The notes: generated by a model from the letters alone, not told the origin. DNA of 64,000 nucleotides from Octopus bimaculoides (GCF_001194135.2 NC_068984.1:106243875-106307874), one strand, 5' to 3'. Counted from the stretch's first letter, positions 25,760 to 37,748 are shown. A program made the numbers and translations.

Positions 25760-26150
25760 TGAGCTCTAATTACGGAGGGTACCTGTGGAAGGGGTAGACT
25801 CAGGAAGATGTGGGATGAAGTGGTGAGAAAGGATCTTTGGATGTTGGGTCTCACTGAGAAAATGACAAAGGATCAGGAGATATGGCAATTTGCTGTACTT
25901 GATAAGACATGCCAAGCTAAGTAAAACTGCTTGTCCTTTCAGGTGCTGGTACCACTAAAAAAGCACCCATGCCAGTGCTGTGTTAATAGAACCATGCTGG
26001 TGCTACATAAATGCACCCATGCCACTGGTATATAAAAGGCACCCAGTACACGCAGTTAAGTGTCTGGCATTAGGAAAGGCAACCAGCCATACAAACCATG
26101 CCTCAACAGACAGCTCCTTGCTAACCAGCTCCATGCCAAACCATCCAACA
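25760..26150 (+). mobile_element. RTE LINE C-terminus and 3' UTR fragment
   Basis: GRLRKMWDEVVRKDL-like end of ORF, aagcacccatgccagtg repeats and a catggaaagcggacattaaacaatgatgatga tail. Confidence 0.8.
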
Positions 26151-27584
26151 CATACCAGCATGGAAAGCGGACATTAAACAATGATGATGATATGCTAGGA
26201 TTCTTTCAGTTTCCATCAACCAAATTCAAGCACAAAACTTTTGTCAGTTCAGCGCTATAGTAGCAGACACTTGCCCAATGTGCCATGCAGTGGGATTGAA
26301 ACCAAAATGATGTTGTTCAGAAGTGACAAGCAAAATATCATTCCTCATCACCACCGTTGTTTTGATGTTAATTTTCCCATGCTTGCATGGGGCAGACAGA
26401 ATTTGTTGAGGCAGATTTTCTATGGCTGGACACTTTTTTCTGTTGTCAACCCTCACCTGTTAGTTTCCCATGGCCAGACATTTTTTCACTAAAGATTGGA
26501 AGTGAATTACTACAACTATCAAGCAGTATCAAGAGAGACAAACACACACACATGTATACCAGGGTATTCTTTCAGTTTCCACCAACCAAATCAACTCATA
26601 AAACTTTTGTTGATCTGGTGTTACAGTAGAATTACCTGTCTAAGGAACCTTGCAATGGAACTGAACTCAAAACAACAAGTTGGGAAGTGACCTCCTTAAC
26701 CACACAGCCATGCCTGTGCCTCATTCTCTTTGAATTTTAACGAAGAGGTTTGCCATATCAGTAACATATGTAAAATGACTGTAGTAGCACTTTATAACTC
26801 TAGAGAAAATTACCAAAATATTTGAAGAGGTAAGTCATTTCGTTTTGCTAGAAGAAATGTAATTACTGACTAAAGAAACAATATACTCTCCAAGAAAAAG
26901 AGCAATTTTCATCTTAATGGAATCGTTATCAAGTAAATTAAATTGCATCAGTTNNNNNNNNNNNNNNNNNNNNNNNNNNNNNNNNNNNNNNNNNNNNNNN
27001 NNNNNNNNNNNNNNNNNNNNNNNNNNNNNNNNNNNNNNNNNNNNNNNNNNNNNNNNNNNNNNNNNNNNNNNNNNNNNNNNNNNNNNNNNNNNNNNNNNNN
27101 NNNNNNNNNNNNNNNNNNNNNNNNNNNNNNNNNNNNNNNNNNNNNNNNNNNNNNNNNNNNNNNNNNNNNNNNNNNNNNNNNNNNNNNNNNNNNNNNNNNN
27201 NNNNNNNNNNNNNNNNNNNNNNNNNNNNNNNNNNNNNNNNNNNNNNNNNNNNNNNNNNNNNNNNNNNNNNNNNNNNNNNNNNNNNNNNNNNNNNNNNNNN
27301 NNNNNNNNNNNNNNNNNNNNNNNNNNNNNNNNNNNNNNNNNNNNNNNNNNNNNNNNNNNNNNNNNNNNNNNNNNNNNNNNNNNNNNNNNNNNNNNNNNNN
27401 NNNNNNNNNNNNNNNNNNNNNNNNNNNNNNNNNNNNNNNNNNNNNNNNNNNNNNNNNNNNNNNNNNNNNNNNNNNNNNNNNNNNNNNNNNNNNNNNNNNN
27501 NNNNNNNNNNNNNNNNNNNNNNNNNNNNNNNNNNNNNNNNNNNNNNNNNNNNNNNNNNNNNNNNNNNNNNNNNNNNNNNNNNNN

Positions 27585-27615
<31 letters not shown>

Positions 27616-27769
27616 AGGAAGGTAAATAGAGAGAAAAAACAAAATGAAAGCAAAAATATACAATGTGAAAGAATAGAAAGAAATAAATCATTACGTGCAT
27701 GAGCAACAGTGAAAATCAAACAATGACATGTGTATTTATTCTTAATACATTCTGGCAAACTCGGATGTA

Positions 27770-28300
27770 AATATGCTAATTGCTAATTATGCAGAACAAC
27801 TTTCAGACAATGTGTGCTTACAAAAAATTTATTTCATTGAGGTAAAGCAACTTTGAGATGTAGTATTTCAAGCTGATTGTATCTCTTCAATCGAACCTAC
27901 ATCAGGATGAATGAGCTGAAAGAATTTGAACAGGAGTTGTAACTCTTGTATATAGAAATCAGTAAACAAATTATTTGCTAATGCCTGCAGCTGTCTGCCA
28001 AACCAACAATAAATGGTCATTGTACATGATTATTTTGACTTTTACTGTTCCTTCTGCCTGTGACAATTTATTGTTGGTTCAGCATGCATCAGCAAATGAT
28101 TTGCTTACTGCATTTTAGAAACAAAAAATGAAATTTTTGTTTAGTTACTGGTCTGGGGATAGCTTTGACTGAAGGAACACAACCAAGTTGAAACGCCCTG
28201 ATGTTTTAAAGCCTCCTTGCCTCAATGAGTTGGGTGTGTTATGAACATACACACTTTGTTTCAAAAGAGAAGTTGTCCTCCAAAGATGAAATACAACAGT
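27770..28300. repeat. About 530-bp foldback element with a decayed hammerhead motif in each arm
   Basis: The arms pair, for example cattgagg (27835) with cctcaatg (28220) and gaaatcagtaaacaaattatttgct with agcaaatgatttgcttactg. Hammerhead-like cores at 28162-28212 (+) and 27851-27897 (-). Confidence 0.75.
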
Positions 28301-29109
28301 TATTAGTTATCATGTTCAAATCTGATGAAATAGATGTGTACATCATTGAAAAAAAAATGTTTGAAAGAAAATATAAAAACAATGAAGAAAAGAAAACAAA
28401 TAAATGACAAAAGAAAAAGGTAAAAAATAAAAAAAGACAACAGAAAGATGAAAATAAAGTAAAAATGGAAGAAACAAAAATACAAAAGTGAAAAAAATTA
28501 ACTAAAAAGTAAAATGAAATAAATAAACTAGAAAAACAGGAAATTATGAAAGAAGTGACAAGAAAATTCTAAATTTTGATGTTGACGTGAGATTTTAAGA
28601 AAAAGAAACAAATAAACAAAATTTAATGTGTGTTAGATGCAAGTCAAGAGTTGAAATATTCAAGCTATTAACCTCATCTTTAGAGATGAAAATAGATCTG
28701 CAATGTTTATATATATTCTTTTTCTCTAGTTTGATATCCAATCAACATCAACTGACTCATTGCTAGATATGAATACCAGACTGGGATTGAACTAGCAACT
28801 TATATTTTTAAACTATGGGTATTTACAAAAGCAGCTACATCATAGAAGAGCCATTTAATACACACACAGCTGTTCAATTCTTTTCAAATTTAAATGTATT
28901 TTATAAGGCATGAAAATTTCTCTTGTGCTGCAACAATTTACTAGTTTAAATCCAGTCTGATACTACGATGAGTAGTAGAGATCAAATTAATCATAACATA
29001 GTGTAGATGTCAATATTAAACTATTTTTTCTTCTCTAAAGGTGAAGTCAATGATCTAAAAAAAAAAAAAAAAAACTTATCCTTTTATGAAGATTAAGGAA
29101 GTCACTTAC

Positions 29110-29214
29110 CTCATAGAGTAAGGGCTAATATATGATTTGGTGGAACATTTGCTCTGTGCATGACATTGAAGTATAAGAAGATCCCCAATAGCAGAAATTA
29201 AAGGTGTTAAATTC
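29110..29214 (-). CDS. FOCAD: Focadhesin coding exon (105 bp, phase 2 to 2)
   Basis: Acceptor ttttttctgttttgtcag, donor GAG|GTAAGT. Translates NLTPLISAIGDLLILQCHAQSKCSTKSYISPYSM(R). Aligns to recalled human NTHGLIKAIMHLLQMQ...SIYTIR, and phases fit both neighbours. Confidence 0.93.
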
Positions 29215-29334
29215 CTGACAAAACAGAAAAAACACAAATTATATCATACAAGTTTACACACACACACATAAATATTGTAATATTTGGGAAGAGTTGTAAT
29301 ATTAGTTTCATATTTCAGTGTGAGGCCAACAGTC

Positions 29335-29945
29335 TCAGGAGAGGAGGTAAGCTGATTACATTAACCCTAGTGCTCAACTGGTATTATTTTATTGACTGCA
29401 ATAAGGTGGCGAGCTAGCAGTATCGTTAGCATGCTGAATGAAATGCTTAGTGGTATTTCGCCTGTTGCTATGGTCTGAGTTCAAATTCCACTGAGGTAGA
29501 CTTTGACTTTCACCCTTTCGAGGTTGATAAATTAAGTACCAGTTGAACACTGGGGATCGACGAAATCGACTCATCTTCTCCTGCAAAATGGCTGCCCTTG
29601 TAGAAAAATTTGAAACCATTATTTTATCAACTCCGAAAGGATGAAAGTCAACTTTGGCAAAATTTGAAACTCAAAATGTGAAAATGAGAGTAGAGCATTT
29701 TTGCCTGGTATACTAATGGTTCTGCCAGTTACAATATTGGTTTCAAATTTTGGCCTATAGCCAAGAATTTCGGCAGGAGGGTTTTAAGTTGATGACATCG
29801 GCCCCAGTGCTCAGCTGCTACTTGCTTTTTCGACCTTGAAAGAATGAAAGTAAAGTCAACTTTAGTGGAATTTGAACTCAGAATGTAAAGATGGACAAAT
29901 GCTAGTAAGCATTTGCTTAGCATGCTAACAATTCTGCCAGCTCAC
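29335..29945. mobile_element. Inverted cluster of family B SINEs (plus copy about 29335-29600, minus copies about 29600-29945)
   Basis: aaggtggcgagctagcag head on plus at 29402. ctgccagctcactgcc, the reverse of the head, at about 29934. Confidence 0.82.
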
Positions 29946-32532
29946 TGCCTAGAGAAGAGTCATAATATTAAAGCCTATAAGCATAATCAACATTTGTTGC
30001 TTATCCATATTTCACTTCTTTTTCTTTTTCTATATAATGTGTGTGTGTCTGTGTATGCATTTATATTTGCACCCTATGGAAGTTGCTCTCTGTAAATATT
30101 GTAGTCATTTCTGTCAACAAATCATCTGCTCATTTCATGCCTCTTTTGTTCTAAATGAAATTAATTTGTTTATCTCCCACAAAATATTTTTCACTATACC
30201 AATTTGTAGCCTTCTCAATGAATGTACATTATTTTCGTTAAATACTTCAATTTTAGTTTTTAACTGATTTTACTGTTGCAAGCATGCAAATTAATGATGC
30301 CTTTTGTTTATTTCCTTAGCCTCAATTTTTTTAGTAGTTGCAAGCATCAGAGAATGTGTGTATGGTGTACTGAAATTTAATAGTCCTCTGCACCATAGGC
30401 ACAGATCCTAGTGCCCAACTGATACTTATTTTATTGAACTCTGAGAGGATGAAAGGCCAAGTCAATCTCATTGGAATTTGAATTCTCCTATTCTTTTTGT
30501 TGTAGAGGTCCTTAAAGCTCTTTAGTTTTGTTGGTGGCAAAGAAATCTCACTAATGCTGGTGCCATGAAAAAAAGTTCTCAGTACATTCATTTATAAAGT
30601 AGCTGGCATTAAGAAATGCATCTGGTCACAGGAAACATTCCTAAACGGAGACACTCGAACATGGCACAGTGCACCGACTCACTGGATTTTTATCAGACTG
30701 TTCAACCTATGCCAGAATAAAAAGCAAGCAAAAAATGATGATGATGATATCATTAATCATCTTTTATTGTTCATCTATAATCTCACCACTCACACAGTGG
30801 TCTTTTTGAGGTCTGCAGAGGCAGTTAATAATCTAAAAAATTATAACTTTATTAAGAACTCATCTCAGACATTTAATTAATAATTCTCTTATATCCCACT
30901 GAAACATGAGATAAAAGGAAATTAATAATTCTTCCTTGATGTTTCAAATCATCTGAATTAGCAGTTTTTTTCCCCTGCTTCTTTCTACTTTATCATTTCT
31001 TTGCAATTCTTTATGTTTACCTAAGTAGAATGGTTAAGATTTTTCAGTTTCTTTTTTGTCATTTTATTTTGTTTTATTTATTTATCTATGTGCAATCAAG
31101 AAAACTCAAGAAACACAAAGTAACAGTCATGTTGACGGAACTTAGTAGCTCAATATCATGTCTCATAAACATAGTACTTCAGCACTCACTCATTTGCTCA
31201 GTCGTTTTAAGTTTGTTTTTACTTTCCATGCTAGCATGGATTAGACTTATATATTATTGAGTCATCTTACAGTTGTCTGTGATTGATGTTTTTTCCTTAA
31301 GTTCTCTTTGGTTTTTTTCTCTGCTTGTATGTACATTTTTACTTAAATATTGTAACTTTTTTTCAAACATAGTCTTGCCTATCACTTTTAGCATAGTGTA
31401 ATATATATATATATTTGTTTTTCAATATTAATATGTATAACTCTATGTTTTTTTTTCTACTAGTGCACCCATTATGTTATATTTACTATACACACGTGGC
31501 CCTGTTTACATTATACTTCATCTCGATCCGTTACCATTTTTTTTTAAACATATCCGTTAGATTTTTATTCTTATTTTTATGTTATAGTTTACTGCACATA
31601 TAGACGTGCATACACATTGATATCTGTCTTTTTTTCTCTTTCATCTCTCTCACTATTATTATAACTGTTATTTTTTCCCTTTTACAACTTGCTTGTAAAT
31701 ATCTGATTTTTTCCTATTACCCCTTTTATATTCTCCCTTATTGTATCTTATTTTAATTTACTTTATTTTATTAAACCTTTTTTGATATCCTTCCAAAAAT
31801 TCTTCACACTGATGAGAATGACACTGCATAAATTTAATTATAATTACGACTATAATTTTTTTCTTATGTATTTGTATTGTCCTTTGAAAGGCGTGTATGT
31901 ATTGAATCCTATTTTGTACTAAGTTTAATTTTGATGCAACATCTTTTTATCTTCCATTTTTCTATAATTGTTTATGGTATATTTATACCTATAATGATAT
32001 TTTTCAATTACTATTTTCATATTCTTACTACTTGCTCTGGCTATTTTTTATGAATATGATGAACCTTTATTAGAAATCATTCTTTCTCTCTTTTTGGACT
32101 TCTCAAAAAGTTTGAATTGTTCTTCTTTGAACTTATTTTTTCCTATATATATGTATATATNNNNNNNNNNNNNNNNNNNNNNNNNNNNNNNNNNNNNNNN
32201 NNNNNNNNNNNNNNNNNNNNNNNNNNNNNNNNNNNNNNNNNNNNNNNNNNNNNNNNNNNNNNNNNNNNNNNNNNNNNNNNNNNNNNNNNNNNNNNNNNNN
32301 NNNNNNNNNNNNNNNNNNNNNNNNNNNNNNNNNNNNNNNNNNNNNNNNNNNNNNNNNNNNNNNNNNNNNNNNNNNNNNNNNNNNNNNNNNNNNNNNNNNN
32401 NNNNNNNNNNNNNNNNNNNNNNNNNNNNNNNNNNNNNNNNNNNNNNNNNNNNNNNNNNNNNNNNNNNNNNNNNNNNNNNNNNNNNNNNNNNNNNNNNNNN
32501 NNNNNNNNNNNNNNNNNNNNNNNNNNNNNNNN

Positions 32533-33298
32533 GTGGCATACGTACACGTTGATCTCTTATATGTAAGTATATATTTATCTAAATCTTGTACGACTATTCT
32601 TTCTTTTATTCTTTCTTTCAGCCCTTTCACGCTTACTTCGTTCATTCCACTCTTCATTCTTTCGTTCCCTCTCTCTTACATTTCCTTGCCTTCTCTTCAT
32701 GCTCACTTTCCCTCCTCTTTTCACTTCACTGTGTCCCTGTAACTTTTTCTTGCTCCTCCTTAATTCTTCTGTCCCTCTGCCTCTACCTCTCTCTCTTCTC
32801 TCCCCACATGACCGGTGTTCGGCCTAGTCTGACCTTTCTTTTTTGCTTTAGCCACCACCTGTGCAACATTTTTATCCCTCTCTGTGCCTGTAACATCTTG
32901 TATCCCTGCTGTAAGGCATTATTTCCACACACGCCAGCTTAATTTAATCCTTCCTTAGTCGAAAGACACCTGTCGTTATGTCCTGTTATTTGTATCTGTG
33001 TAACACTCTCCGTTTCTTTTTCATCCTTGTTTTTGTATACATTCGCTGCTTTCTTCCAAGGAATCTAATGGTCTTAGCTTAGTTTTTTCCTTGGGACTGG
33101 CCAGATTGGAGCAATCTCGAGTATAACCAGCTGAAATTGCAAAGATAATCTGGAACTTGACTGAGGAAAGAAAACTCTGAATGACCTGTCCTTGGTTTCT
33201 CTCTATCGTCTGTCTGAATGTTTTGTTGTCCCTTTTTTGTATCACCTAACTGTCTGGATGTTTTGTGTTCTTGTCCCATTTTGTATTTTTTATATATG

Positions 33299-33300
<2 letters not shown>
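32533..33300. repeat. CT-rich interspersed repeat ending in (TA)n, possibly a Penelope pseudo-LTR
   Basis: Pyrimidine-rich body, internal inverted match ttccttagtc (32950) / gactgaggaa (33159) and a terminal (TA)n. Family assignment is inference. Confidence 0.4.
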
Positions 33301-33351
<51 letters not shown>

Positions 33352-34599
33352 CATTATCACCATCATTGTTTTAACATTCACTCTTCCATGCACTCATGAC
33401 CAGACATGTTTCTGCCGAAGAAAACTGGAAATGAATAACACTGCATGTATGGTGGTGACACTTTTGATAAGCATCAAGACAACAAGACACAAACACACAC
33501 ATACATACATAGCCATCTATCAATCAGTCTATCTATCTATCTATATATATATATATATAACTAATTTAGAGACGAACCACCACTCTACAACTCAGAACCC
33601 GTCAAAATCCATGCTGTGAGGCATATACCATCTTAATATATCTAATATTTTAAAAGAACGGAGAAATGATTTTACTCCCCAAATCAGTCACTCTTCATGT
33701 TAAATCCCTAAGAAAATACCTAAAATCATTCGAGGAATAAACATAAACATGAGAAATACAAATATATATAAAGAGACAAAATCTGTAAATTAATCCCTGC
33801 ATTAACTGTATTAATATAATTATTAAGAGTTACAATCTAAAACTATTATAGTATTATAGTAAACAAGGTTAAAACATTATGGAATAAGTAAATAATAGTA
33901 AAAAAATGTGTTAATGTACAAAGTTACTAAAAAACGGATGTCAATATTGTTTATAAGATTAAAATAAGAAAATATGACTTATCTGCCGGATGGTACTGTA
34001 GGTTAAAACAAAATAGCTGTGCTATAGAATTTATACTAAACGGTCACGTGATAAAACGGCGTCTATTACCCAGAAGTACATGCGTATTATAATTACGAAA
34101 ATATCGAAAACGAAAATCTACCTAAAATAAAACGTTTCTTGAGGATTAAAAATACTAAAATACTTAAACTTGCAAATTAACGCAGAGTAATAACTATACC
34201 CATACGAAAATTCTATATTACGTACATAAGGCTATGAAAATTAATACTGAAAAGTCACGTGATAAACATGGCGTCCATTACCAGAGGTAAGTACGTGTTA
34301 TAATTACTAACATAATAACGAAAATATCGAAAAAGAAAATCTACCTAAAATAAAAAGTTTAATGAAGATTAATAATACTAAAATAGTAAAAACTCTCAGA
34401 TTTACGCAGAATAATACCTATACGAAAGTTATATATTACTTAAATAATGTTATGAAACATTGTAAAAGACTGCTCATATTATCGTTGAATACTTAAAGTA
34501 AAGGTAGTTATATGTTCCAATTTTGTATAATATTGTGATGATTAAAGTGTATTCTAAAGCTAATTTGATGTATTTTACGATACTGATCATAACTATAAG

Positions 34600-36450
34600 T
34601 TGGTACCTAATACTAGGTTTAAATAAATAAATTAGTTATCTAAACGTATTATATAAGTAATTTAATTTATATGTGCATTTAATATTACGTTCATCGTGGG
34701 AGTTAAGCAATTTTTTATTAGTTAATGATATCTCTTTAAATTCGTTAGTACATAATAAGCAGAATTTATTCCCTATCCTATGATTTAGCCTTGCAAACTA
34801 TTTCCCATTTTAACTCGTATTCTATTCCTTTTGATTTAAGTTCCCAAATGTATTTACTAAGGCCCGTAGAGTTCATTAAATTTCTGTTCTTAAAAGAATT
34901 CATATGTTGGGCCACTCGGGATTTAGATTTATTGGAAGTCGATCCAATGTAAGTAGTATTTATGTTATCATTATTACTACAGTTATTATCCTTCAAAATC
35001 ACTATACATTTATATACTACGTCCTCAACATTACATCTATTATTAAATTTACATTTAGTCTTATCTCTACAATTTCAATCAATTATATTTTGGACTCCAA
35101 TGGATGTATTACTTAATTTATTATTGTAAAACTTATTTAATTTAAATTTATTAAAGGATGAAATGATATTGCCAACATTATTAGTGGTAGAGTAACCAAC
35201 ACCAAAATTATTGCTAGAAAATGTGTCCTTATATTTCTTGCTGTCTTTAATAAATATCTTAATTATATTTAAAATCTCTTTAATAATGTTAGTTTTTACC
35301 TGTATCCCATACGGAATTATTAGCCATATTTTATTCTTCTTATTATTAATACTATGAGGTTTTTTGTTCATGTTACTACCTATCTCTGGCTTAAGGTGAT
35401 TCTGAATACTGTGTTTATTATTATAATAGAAGGTGTATTCATCATTTAAGTTATCTTTTAAATTATAATTATATTTAGAATTGTTGAAAAATTTAATATC
35501 ATGATTATATCCCACCTTATGAAGTGCTTCATTNNNNNNNNNNNNNNNNNNNNNNNNNNNNNNNNNNNNNNNNNNNNNNNNNNNNNNNNNNNNNNNNNNN
35601 NNNNNNNNNNNNNNNNNNNNNNNNNNNNNNNNNNNNNNNNNNNNNNNNNNNNNNNNNNNNNNNNNNNNNNNNNNNNNNNNNNNNNNNNNNNNNNNNNNNN
35701 NNNNNNNNNNNNNNNNNNNNNNNNNNNNNNNNNNNNNNNNNNNNNNNNNNNNNNNNNNNNNNNNNNNNNNNNNNNNNNNNNNNNNNNNNNNNNNNNNNNN
35801 NNNNNNNNNNNNNNNNNNNNNNNNNNNNNNNNNNNNNNNNNNNNNNNNNNNNNNNNNNNNNNNNNNNNNNNNNNNNNNNNNNNNNNNNNNNNNNNNNNNN
35901 NNNNNNNNNNNNNNNNNNNNNNNNNNNNNNNNNNNNNNNNNNNNNNNNNNNNNNNNNNNNNNNNNNNNNNNNNNNNNNNNNNNNNNNNNNNNNNNNNNNN
36001 NNNNNNNNNNNNNNNNACTACCTTAACTTCCTCCTTAGTCATTCCCACCTTATTCATAGCATATATTAAGGCCTTATTAAGTACAATTTCATTAATAGAT
36101 GAATAATAATCCTCTATGTCTATTTGGATAAATTTGTAACTACTACTGTTTTTAATATCTTTAAACGATTTTAAAGTATTATTAGTGCTAGTCCAGAGTT
36201 TCAGGTAATTTAGGTTATTTAGTTTATTAATATATTTGTCTAAAATTAACTTAATTTCCCTAAATCAGATTTACTGGGACATATTAGTCTTACTTTAGGG
36301 TCCGAGTAGAAATTGTCTTTATGATCCTTTAAAGTTATCCTAGGGTGCATCGGTACATATGGTTCCGTTTTATTGTCTATCTCATATTTTTCAATGATTA
36401 ACCTAGTAGCTTTATTAATATTATAAATGGTATCTTCTGGGACAATTTTA
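34600..36450 (-). mobile_element. Penelope-like retroelement (RT followed by C-terminal GIY-YIG endonuclease), 5' truncated, gap inside
   Basis: RITLKDHKDNFYSDPKVRLICPSKSDLGKLS, IQIDIEDYYSSI, KIWLIIPYGIQVKTNI...GYSTTNNVGNIISSFNK, then YIGSTSNKSKSRVAQHMNSF...STGLSKYIWELK (GIY-YIG). Confidence 0.92.
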
Positions 36451-36485
36451 CATATATATATATAGTGAGGGAGAGAGAGAGATCT

Positions 36486-36630
36486 GAGAGTGACCATTGG
36501 TTTCACACCTATAAAGGGCTTAGCTGTATAGGTGACTCATCAGAAAGGTAAAGTTCCTCCGGCCATTTGAGCCAGACGAGACACATAAATAGCCAAGTGC
36601 TTTAGAGGTGTGAAACCAATGGTCACTCTC
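36486..36630. repeat. Perfect 25-bp inverted repeat enclosing a hammerhead ribozyme core (minus strand)
   Basis: GAGAGTGACCATTGGTTTCACACCT (36486-36510) pairs exactly with 36606-36630. The minus strand reads CTGATGA-stem-GAAACCAATGGTC. Confidence 0.8.
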
Positions 36631-37005
36631 TGATTGGCCATAACTTATCCCTTCCCCCAGAATTGCTGTCCTTGTGCCAAAATTTGAAACCCATATTTGT
36701 GTTTGAAATGTCTCCCGCCTCCTCCTTGTCCACTGCTACTGCTGCCATCATCATCATCAAGATCTGATTCCCATGCTAGAATGAATTGGGTGGTTTGATA
36801 GAATCTGAAAAGTTGGAGGAGGGTGATAAGCTCTAGGGTGGAAATACAAGCATCATAATATCTGCCCTTCATTCTGAGAGGAAAGACCTTTGTTATCAAC
36901 ATGGTAAAAATTCCCTGAACTTTTCTCAACCCACCTAATATTGATGAAGCTGACTTAGGTGCTACTAATTTTTTAATAATAAATACCTTTATCGTATCAG
37001 AACAT

Positions 37006-37233
37006 TTAACCCTTTAGTGTTTAAACCAGCCATATCTGATCAAAATATGCTTCCTGCCTTAATGTTCTAACCGGTGAGATCCAGTCTATCACACCTACCC
37101 TTCAATGCCACCATAAAATATACAATCTCATCATCAAAATTTTGAAGCAACAAAATAATGCAAGATTAATTAAAAATGATGTGAATGAAAAAGCAGAACA
37201 TTTGACAGAATAATTTGAATGCTAAAGGGTTAA
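37006..37233 (-). mobile_element. Complete TTAA-flanked MITE
   Basis: TTAA-ccctttagtgt...atgctaaaggg-TTAA. The TIRs and TTAA duplication are of piggyBac type. Confidence 0.9.
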
Positions 37234-37593
37234 ATACTAAGAAACAGGAAAGAAGAAAAATAAGGAAGAAAAGGGGAATAAAATGGGGTCATGCAGCAGA
37301 AGATGAAGGAGGAGGGGGCAATGGGCCACATATCTCAAGAACAAATGATGTGCTCAGCCTTGCCCAGCAGTAACGACCACAATGATGTTGCCATAGCGAA
37401 TGGCCAGTGACACTCACTTCAGCAGCCACTCCATCTGGTGGGGCTCATTACTCTGATGGGCCACCTGAGTTGTCAGCAGCAATTTCTTGTGGTGCATTTA
37501 CTTTTGCTGAAGCATTGTGAGGGAGCAATAAAATGGAAAGCTTATGAAAAGCTGATCTGAAATAATAAATTTAAGACATAAAAATCTACTTAC

Positions 37594-37748
37594 TTTGCTG
37601 AGGGCATTAGATTGAGTAAGCCATTGAGTACATAAGAATAATCTGCATCTTTAGAATAGACGAGAGTTAATAGAACCTGACAGCTGGTGTGACAGTTATA
37701 AGGGCTGTCGTCACAGCAAGCTGTCCACAGCTGTTGAAGTTCAGGAAT
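37594..37748 (-). CDS. FOCAD: Focadhesin coding exon (155 bp, phase 0 to 2)
   Basis: Acceptor ttttctcatctttctctag, donor AAA|GTAAGT. Translates IPELQQLWTACCDDSPYNCHTSCQVLLTLVYSKDADYSYVLNGLLNLMPSA(K). Matches recalled human TPALNLLWEKCCSD...AEFSYVLNGILNLIPSTR. Confidence 0.95.

Noticed and set aside
12620-32080. Isolated CTGATGA/TGATGA motifs (about 12640 minus, 31809, 32057)
   Set aside because: None has a correctly placed GAAA, NUH triplet and stem I.
33151-33200. CTGAGGA...GAAT...GTC hammerhead-like string
   Set aside because: GAAA is altered, the base pair flanking the core does not form, and stems I and II are poor.
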